Assembly: GCA_041662745.1 (NCBI GenBank) | Contig: JBAZRV010000002.1 | Coordinates: forward strand, 149,785 to 213,784 | Origin: Patescibacteria group bacterium | Lineage (GTDB): Bacteria; Patescibacteriota; Patescibacteriia; 2-01-FULL-39-33 | DNA: 64,000 bases | Direction: 5' to 3' | In this document: positions 44,791-53,447 of the stretch, piece after piece | Position numbering within the stretch: position 1 is the stretch's first letter | How the letters are laid out: each line of letters starts with the position of its first letter | The notes under the pieces: model-generated | What the model saw: the letters and a program-made list of their open reading frames with translations, nothing else | Database searches by the model: none | What the model was told of the DNA's origin: nothing | Program-made: the position numbers and the translations under genes

Positions 44791-46170
44791 TTAATTATAG
44801 CTTCTGTCTAAATTTTTAAATGATACGGTATTGCCTTCAAAATAAAGGTGCACCAGACCGGTGGGGCCGTTTCTGTGTTTGGCGACATGGATTTCCGCCG
44901 AATGCTTTTCTTCTTCGGTTAAGGAATTAACATCAAAATTCCTGTCGGAGGCCTTGCGGTAAATAAACATAACCACATCGGCATCCTGCTCAATGGAACC
45001 GGATTCGCGCAGGTGGGACAGCTTGGGGATGGCCGGCTTGTTCATTTCCACAGCGCGGGACAGCTGGGAGAGCGCCAGGACGGGAATGTTAAGTTCGCGC
45101 GCCAAACCTTTAAGGGCGCGGGAGATTTCGGCGATTTCCTGTACGCGGCTTTCCGATGATTGGCGGCTGCCCGAACCTTCCATTAGTTGCAAATAATCCA
45201 AAATAATCAAGTCCAGTCCGTGTTCAATCTGCAGGCGTCGCGCCTTGGTGCGGAGTTCCATGACATTGGTGTTGGCAAAGTCGTCAATAAAAATATTGCT
45301 TTCCGACAGCTCGCTCATGGCGTGGCCGATGCGGGGAAAATCTTCGCCGGCTTCGGACAGGCGTCCGGTGCGCATTTTCCACATATCCACTCCCGCCTCA
45401 CCAGAAATCAAACGATCAACTAATTGTTCCTTGGACATTTCCAGCGAGAAGATGCCTACGGATTTTTTGTGGCGGATGGCGGCGTTGCGGGCGATATCCA
45501 GGGCTAAAGCGGTTTTGCCGACTGAGGGGCGGGCGGCCAAGATGACTAAATCGGATCTCTGCAACCCTCCCAGGACATTATCCATTTCAGTAAAGCCGGT
45601 GGGCAAGCCGCGCAGTTTGCCTTTCTCGCGATGCAATTCGTCAATGCGATCAAAGGCGCCGGTCAGAACGTCCTTGATGTGAGTGAATTTTTCTTTTAAG
45701 AATTTTTGCGATACCGCAAAAACCGATTGCTCGGATTTATCCAGGATTTCATTGACTTCCTTGTCTTCCTGATAGCCCAAATCCAAAATATTGGAAGCGG
45801 CGGCAATCAATCGGCGCAGGGTGGCTTTTTTCTGGATAATCTGCGCATAAGATACGACATGCGCCGCTGAAGGCACTTGGTTGGTCAGGGTAACCAGATA
45901 ACTGCGTCCGCCGACCAGATCGATTTTTCCCAATTCGTTCAGCCGGGAGCTTAAGCCCAAGATGTCAATCGGATCTTTACGCTCAAACAATTCCAGGATA
46001 ACCGAATAAATAATGCCGTGCGCCGTCTGATAAAAATCCTCGGCGGTGATGATGTCGGCGATTTTGATGATGGCATCCTTGTCAATCAATAAAGCGCCCA
46101 GAAGCGATTGTTCGGCTTCCAGGTTTTGCGGCGGCAGTTTGCGCAAGGAATTGTCTGACATATTCGTCAC
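44791..46170 (-). CDS. dnaB: Replicative DNA helicase DnaB
   Basis: N-terminal LPPQNLEAEQSLLGALL. Walker A ILAARPSVGKTALAL. RecA-like C-terminal domain. Confidence 0.9.
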   Translation of the reverse strand: MTNMSDNSLRKLPPQNLEAEQSLLGALLIDKDAIIKIADIITAEDFYQTAHGIIYSVILELFERKDPIDILGLSSRLNELGKIDLVGGRSYLVTLTNQVPSAAHVVSYAQIIQKKATLRRLIAAASNILDLGYQEDKEVNEILDKSEQSVFAVSQKFLKEKFTHIKDVLTGAFDRIDELHREKGKLRGLPTGFTEMDNVLGGLQRSDLVILAARPSVGKTALALDIARNAAIRHKKSVGIFSLEMSKEQLVDRLISGEAGVDMWKMRTGRLSEAGEDFPRIGHAMSELSESNIFIDDFANTNVMELRTKARRLQIEHGLDLIILDYLQLMEGSGSRQSSESRVQEIAEISRALKGLARELNIPVLALSQLSRAVEMNKPAIPKLSHLRESGSIEQDADVVMFIYRKASDRNFDVNSLTEEEKHSAEIHVAKHRNGPTGLVHLYFEGNTVSFKNLDRSYN

Positions 46171-46413
46171 CTTTTAGGGTATTCAAGTCCCTTACATTTT
46201 ACCTTAATTGTCCCGCCTTGGCAAACCACCGGTTTTAGAGAGTTTTGGACAGTTTATGCACACGCCAAAGGGTATAACTTTATCGGATTGGGGGCTTGTT
46301 TTTTTTGTATGCCGGTAAACCCCGTACGGCGTTCGGACTTGGGGCTTCATTGGCGCAGGGTTTATTGTTTTGTCAAGAGCAATGTTTACTTTGATTTATT
46401 TCTCTATGGGTAC

Positions 46414-46442
46414 TTGCCAAAAGAAAAATTTTACTGTATAAT
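46414..46442 (+). promoter_or_regulatory. Sigma-70-like promoter upstream of tRNA-Lys
   Basis: TTGCCA at 46414-46419, a 17-bp spacer, and TATAAT at 46437-46442. Confidence 0.5.
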
Positions 46443-46512
46443 ATTAAATAGTTTCATAAAATGTCTTAATTTGCGTTTGGGACAAGCAAAACAATTGAAT
46501 GTCAAATATTAC

Positions 46513-46588
46513 GCGCCTATAGCTCAGTCGGTAGAGCAACAGCCTTTTAAGCTGATGGTCGCTGGTTCGAGTCCAGCTGGGCGCACCA
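46513..46588 (+). tRNA. tRNA-Lys (anticodon UUU), CCA encoded
   Basis: Acceptor GCGCCTA/TGGGCGC. D-arm AGCTCAGTCGGTAGAGC. Anticodon loop CTTTTAA. T-arm GCTGG-TTCGAGT-CCAGC. Discriminator A, then CCA. Confidence 0.9.
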
Positions 46589-46602
46589 GAAAGGAATAGT
46601 CA

Positions 46603-46690
46603 AATTTTTCCGCTTCCCGTCGCCGATTTCGGCGACCAAATCATACGGAATTTCATAATCAAAATGCAATTGGCGGTTTTGTCTGAATAT
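46603..46690 (+). repeat. Divergent copy (~85% identical) of the 100-bp tRNA-3'-flank element
   Basis: GCGACCAAATCATACGGAATTT…CAATTGGCGGTTTTG is shared with 5835-5886. It contains the perfect hairpin GTCGCCGATTTCGGCGAC. Confidence 0.75.
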
Positions 46691-46883
46691 TAATTCAGGT
46701 AAAAGAAAATTTTTATGTTTATTTGACTGCAGAAATTATCATGATTTCTGTTTTTTTGTTCTATTTTGGTGCATATGATTGACATTTTGGTTGATATTTG
46801 CTAAAATTTGGTATTCCCAATGTGAGGGATGTTCTTTGAAATGCCTAGTGCTATCAGCATAACTCAAACGAAAGGAGAGTTTT

Positions 46884-48371
46884 ATGCGTATTGCAGCGAT
46901 TTCCGTTGGTTTGCAAGGGCATGGGCATAACCTCGCCTTTGCTCCAAACGCCATTGTTACAGTGGCAGCCGCTGTTCAGCGGGTTTTTGGAGATAAAGTC
47001 CAGATACGTGTTTTCGACGAAGTTTTGTTTGGTCACGATCAGCTCAAAGAGCTATTGAGTGTGTTTACTCCGAATGTTCTTTTTGTGAGTGTTCCGGTAA
47101 CTGGTTATTATTATTCAGCACTGGACATTTACAATTGGGCAAAAGAGCATGCCATTCCAGTGTTGACTGGAGGGTACCACTTTAATATTCCAGACGTCGA
47201 TTACCATGGGAATCAAGTTTATCCTGGAGTAATCGCCCGTCTAGCCACAGAGCGAGAAGTGTTTGTCTGCTATGCTGACGGGGAATCAACAGCAGTCGGA
47301 TTTGTTGAACACCTCTTTAATCCTAATCATCGCAAGCTCGCTTCAGTTCCAAATCTCTGTTATGTAGAGGCGGGTCAGCTCATTGTCACGCCACGGCAAG
47401 AAAATACCCTTGGTACGCAAGCATACCCAAATTTGCCACTGGAGTCGTTCGATCCCCGTGCTTATTGGGGCTCGCTATCAAAGAGTGATGTCCATGCCAG
47501 CGGAAAGGACTTAATTGGTAACGTTCCAATTGGACGTACAATCGTCGGAGCCAAGATTGTGGAGGGGTGCACTTATCGCCGAGTGAGGTTGAGCCAAGGA
47601 AAGGAAGCATGCTCTTACTGCACATTGACTAGCCCCTGCCACGCGTCCTCAGGTCAGAGTTTTTGGCGTATTACTCAAGAAATGTATGACTATGTCGAGA
47701 GTATATCTTGGTCTGGAGATCAGGGAGTTCGTTGCTATCAAATTGGAGATGATATGGGTAGCGATATCCCTCTCATTAAATCAATTTGGGAATCGCGACC
47801 ACCATGGGCTAACGAGGTTCCTCTCGGTCATCGTGTATATGCTTGGCATGTTCTTGGAGAAGACCAAGCAAGAATGCTATACGACATTGGTGTTCGATGG
47901 ATTTATCTCGGTGGCGATGGGAAAAGGGGGTTTACGAACGAGTGGTCGGTAAGACATCCACTTGTTCGGACTCTGGAGAATTGCCGTAAGCACGGCCTAC
48001 GAGCAAGCATTGGCTTTGTTCTCGGTCAACGAAATCAGGATTGGCATGATATTGAGAAATGGTCCAAATTCAGTCAGCGATTGGCCGCAGAATATGGGGA
48101 TTCTCTCATTATCGTCGACGGCTGGGTGAATGTGCTTGCTCCTGGTTCTCCGGATTGGGCGGTTTTGTGTCAGTATGAACCAAGTTTTGGGAATACGGAT
48201 TGCCCTGATTTGGAGAAGGCCCGCATGGTTTTCTGGCAACAGTGCACAAAACTCTGCGATCATCAGAACCCCGAAGATATCCGTCGGTTGCTGTATGAAT
48301 GGGTGCCACAGTTTGAAAACGACATGAATAGGCATCCTGGCGTCCAGCGTAGTTTCATGTTGCGACCGTAA
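46884..48371 (+). CDS. Hypothetical protein with an N-terminal B12-binding-like Rossmann domain. Possibly radical SAM-related but with a non-canonical Cys motif.
   Basis: The N-terminal …VLFVSVPVTGYYYSALDIYNWAKEHAIPVLTGGYHFN pattern resembles B12-binding domains of B12-dependent radical SAM enzymes. The cysteine cluster is CTYRRVRLSQGKEACSYC (Cx14CxxC), not CxxxCxxC. Codon usage and GC differ from neighbouring genes. Confidence 0.4.
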   Translation: MRIAAISVGLQGHGHNLAFAPNAIVTVAAAVQRVFGDKVQIRVFDEVLFGHDQLKELLSVFTPNVLFVSVPVTGYYYSALDIYNWAKEHAIPVLTGGYHFNIPDVDYHGNQVYPGVIARLATEREVFVCYADGESTAVGFVEHLFNPNHRKLASVPNLCYVEAGQLIVTPRQENTLGTQAYPNLPLESFDPRAYWGSLSKSDVHASGKDLIGNVPIGRTIVGAKIVEGCTYRRVRLSQGKEACSYCTLTSPCHASSGQSFWRITQEMYDYVESISWSGDQGVRCYQIGDDMGSDIPLIKSIWESRPPWANEVPLGHRVYAWHVLGEDQARMLYDIGVRWIYLGGDGKRGFTNEWSVRHPLVRTLENCRKHGLRASIGFVLGQRNQDWHDIEKWSKFSQRLAAEYGDSLIIVDGWVNVLAPGSPDWAVLCQYEPSFGNTDCPDLEKARMVFWQQCTKLCDHQNPEDIRRLLYEWVPQFENDMNRHPGVQRSFMLRP

Positions 48372-48446
48372 CGGGAAGTGTTTTTATTTAGTGGTGTTGT
48401 GCCTCGCATGACACCACTTTTCTTTTTTATTAATTTTTCAAAGAGC

Positions 48447-48645
48447 TAAAAAAATTTGCCGCCAAATCCAGTAAATTTTTCAATAAATCAGCTCTTGAAA
48501 AATTTACTGAAATGAGTTATGATTAACTCATTGAAAAACTGGAAATTGCCGTAAATCAGAATTAGGATTGGGTTTCGTCGGGAGGAAAATCTGCGTCCGC
48601 CGTTGGCGGACAGCCAAAATGCGTTCGAGCTATCTTTAAGATACA
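48447..48645 (+). repeat. AT-rich non-coding repeat family, copy B. It ends in a copy of the tRNA-Lys 3' end.
   Basis: AAAAAAATTTGCCGCCAAATCC…CATTGAAAAACTGGAAATTGCC…GTCCGCCGTTGGCGGAC hairpin…AAAATGCGTTCGAGCTAT, followed by the 20-bp direct repeat. Confidence 0.75.
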
Positions 48646-48684
48646 GCACCAGAAAGGAATAGTCATTCTTTACAATAAAAGGAG

Positions 48685-49128
48685 ATGGTCATGGCTCAAA
48701 TTAAGGTGATAGCTTTTGATGTTTACGGAACCATTCTCTGTTCTGATGACCATGAAAATATTTTGCCGCCACGGTCGGGTTTTACGGAATTCATTTTGCA
48801 TGCTAAGGATTTGAGAATTAAAACCGTTACCAGCTCTGATTCCGATTTGACTAACATGCAATTGGATTTAGCCGCCACCTTTAACGGCGTAGCACCTTTT
48901 GGTTTAGAAATATTTGACGGTTTTTTCAGGCTTGCCATGTACCCCAAGGTTTACCAACAGATTTTGCGATTTTTTGGCATTAAAGATGAGGAATTATTGG
49001 TAATCGGCGATGATTATGCTAAGGATTTATCGCAGGCGCCTTTGCAGGCCCATAAAATCTTAGTTCCGAACTATAAGATTGTCGCCGATGGATTTAGTTT
49101 TTCTCAAGTAGTTATTTCCGACCTTTAA
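48685..49128 (+). CDS. Small HAD-superfamily hydrolase (haloacid-dehalogenase-like motif I DxYGT)
   Basis: IAFDVYGTIL (motif I) and VIGDDYAKDL (motif IV). Only 147 aa. Confidence 0.55.
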   Translation: MVMAQIKVIAFDVYGTILCSDDHENILPPRSGFTEFILHAKDLRIKTVTSSDSDLTNMQLDLAATFNGVAPFGLEIFDGFFRLAMYPKVYQQILRFFGIKDEELLVIGDDYAKDLSQAPLQAHKILVPNYKIVADGFSFSQVVISDL

Positions 49129-49255
49129 CATTCGCCCTCACAAAGCGGATGTTTTTTTGTTATTGATCTTTGACACAACAACCAAGGAAAGGGAAAAGCC
49201 ATGAAAACTATCGCTATCATGCGGGGCTTTTCTTTTTCTTAAATTTTCAAAAGTT

Positions 49256-49375
49256 AAAAGAATTTGCCGCCAAACCCAATAAATTTTTCAAAAGATAGCC
49301 CTATCAGGATTGGATTTCGTCGGGAAGAAAATCTGTGTTCGCTTGTAGCGGACAGCCAAAATGCGTATTTTAAAA
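49256..49375 (+). repeat. AT-rich non-coding repeat family, copy C (internally deleted variant)
   Basis: AAAAGAATTTGCCGCCAAACCCAATAAATTTTTCAAAAG…CAGGATTGGATTTCGTCGGGAAGAAAATCTG…GCGGACAGCCAAAATGCG. It lacks the central ~65 bp present in copies A and B. Confidence 0.7.
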
Positions 49376-49402
49376 CTCCAACCGGAAACAGTTGGAGTTT
49401 TT
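49374..49402. terminator. Bidirectional rho-independent terminator
   Basis: AACTCCAAC-CGGAAACAG-TTGGAG, flanked by a T-run on the plus strand and by TTTTAAAA on the minus strand. Located between the convergent HAD and deacetylase genes. Confidence 0.65.
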
Positions 49403-49403
49403 C

Positions 49404-50096
49404 TTAATGTACTTCAATGCCGCAAGGCAGTTTCACTCCCGGTTGCAACAGTTCGTTGACGGTGGCAAAAGTGAATCCGCGTTCTTTCAAGCCCTGAATT
49501 ATTTTCGGCAGGGCTTCGGCGGCGTTGCTATGGATGTCATGAAACAGTATGATATCGTTCGGTCTGGCCAAGGTTACGATTTGTTGCGTCAGCCTGGAGG
49601 CGGGATAACCGCGCCAATCATTTGAAGCCAATGTCCAAGTAATCATCTGTAACCCCAGCCGTTTCGCCAGCCGGTCAATTCGCGCATTATGGCTGCCATA
49701 AGGAGGCCTGATGAATCGCACTGCCGTTTTATCGCCGATAATTTTTTGCGCTCCGGCCATCTGTCCCAGCACTTTCTCGTCGCCAAGGGAAGTTAGCCGG
49801 CGATGAGATAGCGTATGGTTGCCGATCTCGTGACCAGCCTCAATTTCCTGCTTGATCAGCTCTTCGTGTTTTCGGGCTTCCAAACCGATGACAAAAAAAG
49901 TCGCCCGAATCTGGTATTGTTTGAGGGTTGCCAGTATCAGCGGCGTTATTTTGGCGTTAGGCCCGTCATCAAAAGTCAAAGCGATCAATTTAATTTTCGG
50001 CTGGCTGGCCGAAACTGCCGAGGAGACAGAAGGGATGGTCGGCGCAGAAACATGAAAAACCAAGCAAAGGACCGCGGCAATCAGTGAAAGGCTCAT
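49404..50096 (-). CDS. Polysaccharide deacetylase (NodB-homology, CE4)
   Basis: Signal peptide. TFDDGP motif (LTFDDGPNAKITP). RPPYG and HDIH motifs. Confidence 0.8.
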   Translation of the reverse strand: MSLSLIAAVLCLVFHVSAPTIPSVSSAVSASQPKIKLIALTFDDGPNAKITPLILATLKQYQIRATFFVIGLEARKHEELIKQEIEAGHEIGNHTLSHRRLTSLGDEKVLGQMAGAQKIIGDKTAVRFIRPPYGSHNARIDRLAKRLGLQMITWTLASNDWRGYPASRLTQQIVTLARPNDIILFHDIHSNAAEALPKIIQGLKERGFTFATVNELLQPGVKLPCGIEVH

Positions 50097-50241
50097 TTTT
50101 TTCTCCTTAGTTGTTTAAACCGGATAAAAAGAACTTGTTGATAATTGATTATAGCATTGATTGGGGATAATGTCAAACGGCAAAGCCAATAATCATTTGT
50201 ATTTTCTTGCATGTTTGATGTAAAATGAAGACATTAAAAAT

Positions 50242-51354
50242 ATGCCCAAAATCGCTTTAATCCACGATCATTTGGTGCAGGACGGGGGCGCTGAGCAAGT
50301 ATTGAAGGTGCTTAAGGAAATGTTTCCTGAAGCGCCGATATTCACTATTGTCGCGGACAAAACCAAGACTAACGGTTATTTTGCAAATAAGGAAATAAAG
50401 ACTTCCTTTTTGCAATCGTTTCCTTGGGGCGTGAAAAAATACCAGTGGTATCTGCCATTTATGCCCGCCGCCATTGAAAGCCATGATCTGCGCGGTTATG
50501 ATCTGGTGATCTCCTCGGCCTCATCCTTTGCCAAGGGAGTTATTACGCATCCGGGCACGACCCATATCTGTTATTGCCATACGCCGACGCGCTATTTGTG
50601 GCATGACACCCAGAATTATCTGGATGAACTTAAAGTCATTGCGCCGATTAAGAAATTCTTGCCTTTGACCTTGCGTCAGTTGCGTACTTGGGATCGTTTG
50701 GCCGTTAATCGCGTGGATTATTTCATCGCCAATTCACAAACCGTGGCCGGCAGAATCAAAAAATATTATCAGCGCAACAGCCAGGTGATTTATCCGCCAG
50801 TGGATATGGCGCAGTTCGCGATCTCCGACAGACCGAAAAAATATTTTTTGGCCGGCGGACGCTTGGTGCCTTACAAAAGATTTGATTTGGCGGTGTTGGC
50901 TTTTTCTCGCCTGGGCATACCGCTTAAAATTTTTGGCTTGGGACCGGAGTTGAGGCGCTTAAAATCGTTAGCTAAGCCGAATGTGGAATTTTTAGGCAAA
51001 GTAAATGATGAAGCCAAGGGCGAGCTGTATGCCAATTGTTTAGCTTATCTTAATCCGCAAGAAGAGGATTTTGGCATTACGGCGATTGAAGCCATGGCTT
51101 CGGGTCGGCCGGTCATTGCCTATAATCGGGGCGGCGCCACCGAAACTATTGAGCCCGGTTTGAGCGGAGAATTCTTTGACGAACAGATTTGGGAGGATCT
51201 GGCCGATATGGTAATCCGTTTTCAGCCGGAGAAATACGACCCCTTGGCTATCCGTCGCCATGCCGAGCGTTTTTCTACCGAAAGATTCAAAAAGCAGATG
51301 GGGGAATTAATCAGCGCCGTAACGGACAAAGAATTTAAGACCCATGATTTATGA
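50242..51354 (+). CDS. Family 4 glycosyltransferase
   Basis: GT-B fold with a C-terminal E…FGITAIEAMASGRPVIA motif. Confidence 0.75.
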   Translation: MPKIALIHDHLVQDGGAEQVLKVLKEMFPEAPIFTIVADKTKTNGYFANKEIKTSFLQSFPWGVKKYQWYLPFMPAAIESHDLRGYDLVISSASSFAKGVITHPGTTHICYCHTPTRYLWHDTQNYLDELKVIAPIKKFLPLTLRQLRTWDRLAVNRVDYFIANSQTVAGRIKKYYQRNSQVIYPPVDMAQFAISDRPKKYFLAGGRLVPYKRFDLAVLAFSRLGIPLKIFGLGPELRRLKSLAKPNVEFLGKVNDEAKGELYANCLAYLNPQEEDFGITAIEAMASGRPVIAYNRGGATETIEPGLSGEFFDEQIWEDLADMVIRFQPEKYDPLAIRRHAERFSTERFKKQMGELISAVTDKEFKTHDL

Positions 51355-52445
51355 AGATAATCTTTGACGGCCGTTGCCTGTTGGACGCGAAATATTCCGG
51401 TGTTTCCTGGTATGCCCATAATTTGTCGCAACGTTTGCGCTCGGCGGGTAATCGCCACAATTGGCTGTTATTTGCCAATTCAGCCAAGCCGGCGGACTTG
51501 TCGGATTTGGGTTATCAGACAAAGATTTTTCATTACCCCAATAAATTATTGAATCTGTCTTTGGGTTTTACCGGTCAGCCGCAATTGGATAAGCTGTGCG
51601 GCGGAGCGGAAGCGTTCTTTGCTCCGAATCTTAATTTTATTTCCGTTTCCGCTTCCTGCCGATTGATTGTCGCCGTCCACGATTTGTCTTTTTTGGTTTA
51701 TCCGGAGTTTTTTACGTTACGACAGCAATGGTGGCATAAGCTGATTCTGGCTTCAGGAGTATTGAATCGCGCCGATGCCATTATAGCCGATAGCGAAAAT
51801 ACCAAGCAGGATTTGATTGATCTGTTGGCTGTGCCGGCCGAAAAGATTAAAACCGTTTATTTGGGGGCGGGGGAGGAGTACCGACAAGAAATTCCGGCTG
51901 AGGAATTAAAGGCGATAAAAGAAAAATATAATTTACCGGATAAATTTTTGCTGTTTGTTTCTTCGCTGGAACCGCGGAAGAATTTGGCTGGTGTTTTAAG
52001 GGGTTTAGATAAATTGCCCGAAAGCCGATTGGTTATTGCCGGCGCCGGCGGCTGGAAAAATCAGCAAGAACTAAAGGCGATTAAAAGCAATGAAAGGATA
52101 AAAATGATCGGTTATGTGCCGGAAGCGGATAAGCCGGCCTTATACCGGCTGGCGCGCGCCTTGGTTTACCCGTCATTTTATGAAGGATTCGGCTTGCCTA
52201 TTTTGGAGGCCATGGCCTCAGGTTGTCCGGTCATTGCCGGCAATAACTCATCACAGGGCGAGGTTTTGGCTGATTGCGGCCTACTGGTTGATCCTTATGA
52301 TCTAAACAGCATCGCCGAAGCCATGTCGGAATTGTGGCGGGATAATGGATTGGGCGCAGAATTTTCCAGTCGCGGTCGCGAGCGAGCCAAGATGTTTAAT
52401 TGGGATAAAACAGCGGAAGAGACATTAAAAAACATCGTTGCTTAA
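51351..52445 (+). CDS. Family 4 glycosyltransferase
   Basis: EGFGLPILEAMASGCPVIA motif. It overlaps the upstream GT4 gene by 4 bp (operon). Confidence 0.75.
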   Translation: MKIIFDGRCLLDAKYSGVSWYAHNLSQRLRSAGNRHNWLLFANSAKPADLSDLGYQTKIFHYPNKLLNLSLGFTGQPQLDKLCGGAEAFFAPNLNFISVSASCRLIVAVHDLSFLVYPEFFTLRQQWWHKLILASGVLNRADAIIADSENTKQDLIDLLAVPAEKIKTVYLGAGEEYRQEIPAEELKAIKEKYNLPDKFLLFVSSLEPRKNLAGVLRGLDKLPESRLVIAGAGGWKNQQELKAIKSNERIKMIGYVPEADKPALYRLARALVYPSFYEGFGLPILEAMASGCPVIAGNNSSQGEVLADCGLLVDPYDLNSIAEAMSELWRDNGLGAEFSSRGRERAKMFNWDKTAEETLKNIVA

Positions 52446-52545
52446 TGTTTAACCGATCGCCTCACGCAAATATATAAAATAAAAACACCCGCCCGAGCAG
52501 AAGGCCCAGGCGGGGAGTAAAGTACTGTTTTTACGGGTGCCGGTG

Positions 52546-52875
52546 TTAGCGCCGATTCGGCGTATCACCCTGAACGCGGATTTTCCAGATGTCTCTCGGC
52601 GGATACGAGTAGACATCAACTTTGGCGGGGTTGCCACCTGCATTGAATGCTCGGCAACTGAATGCGTAGCAGGCGAACCCCCGGTCATCTGCCTGCCATC
52701 CTTGGTCCTCAATTTCCGGGGAAATAAAGCCGTATCCCCGAAGAATATGCTTGGCTTTTTCTTCGTCGTTGTACTGCCCCCCTGTGAGGTAGCAGCTCAG
52801 GATGACGGCGCTCACAATCAGCGCAAGGCAAAGACAAATAGCATTCCAATTTGGTTTATCATGCATCTCTTGCAT
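52546..52875 (-). CDS. Hypothetical small secreted/membrane protein in a GC-rich insert
   Basis: 109 aa with an N-terminal hydrophobic segment. Its GC is clearly higher than the flanking GT4 genes. A terminator-like hairpin (CCCGCC…GGCGGG followed by a T-run on the minus strand) lies at 52470-52530. Confidence 0.3.
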   Translation of the reverse strand: MQEMHDKPNWNAICLCLALIVSAVILSCYLTGGQYNDEEKAKHILRGYGFISPEIEDQGWQADDRGFACYAFSCRAFNAGGNPAKVDVYSYPPRDIWKIRVQGDTPNRR

Positions 52876-53264
52876 CTCTTGTTTTCCTCTCTGTTTCTGG
52901 CATCGTTTCTGGTATCGCTCGCGTCTTCGCCATAGGAAGCGAAAACAATCTCGTGTCGAGGCTGTTGTAAGGAAGGGATTTCTTCCACAGCCTCGTTGAT
53001 TGCTTCGCGCAGATCATGGCGAACCTTTTGACGTTTCAAGCGCGTCGAAAATTTTCCGTAATCACCAAGGTCAAAATGCCTATGCGAGGGTACGTTTTCG
53101 CCGTCACGTTTGCCTTTCAGGATTTTGCGACGACCGCCGGGCAGACGAATCGTAAGCCGTTTCCGCCTTGGCGGTTTCTGGTGCCCCAGATCCGGCACTT
53201 CTGGCGGAGCCGCCATAAGTTCGCACCAAAGATCCCACCAGCTTTCCTTGGTTTCTAAAGGCAT
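52818..53264 (-). CDS. Hypothetical basic protein in a GC-rich insert (overlaps the downstream ORF by 58 bp in another frame)
   Basis: 148 aa, Arg/Lys-rich (PRRKRLTIRLPGGRRKILKGKRDGE). It could be one frameshifted gene together with 52546-52875. Confidence 0.3.
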   Translation of the reverse strand: MPLETKESWWDLWCELMAAPPEVPDLGHQKPPRRKRLTIRLPGGRRKILKGKRDGENVPSHRHFDLGDYGKFSTRLKRQKVRHDLREAINEAVEEIPSLQQPRHEIVFASYGEDASDTRNDARNREENKRCKRCMINQIGMLFVFALR

Positions 53265-53447
53265 TACATACTCCTTAAGTTGTTAATGTCCACGCCTATC
53301 TCCAAAAAATTACAAAAACTACATTATATAATTATAGCACACCTAAAATATTTTGTCAAGTACTTTATCCACAAGCATGGTTTATTATATACAAAATGTC
53401 TAAAATTAGGTAAAATATAATAGCCAATACAACAACTTAATAACAAT

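Larger units (their letters stand above)
46583..48665. mobile_element. Putative ~2-kb integrated island at the 3' end of tRNA-Lys, bounded by a 20-bp direct repeat
   Basis: GCACCAGAAAGGAATAGTCA at 46583-46602 (the tRNA 3' end plus flank) is repeated at 48646-48665. The interior has a tRNA-flank element copy (46603-46690), a cargo ORF with distinct codon usage, and AT-rich repeat-family copy B. Confidence 0.55.

Noticed and set aside
46884-48371. Calling the island cargo a bona fide radical SAM enzyme
   Set aside because: The cysteine spacing is Cx14CxxC rather than CxxxCxxC. Only the B12-binding-like N-terminal resemblance is visible by eye, so it is left as hypothetical.
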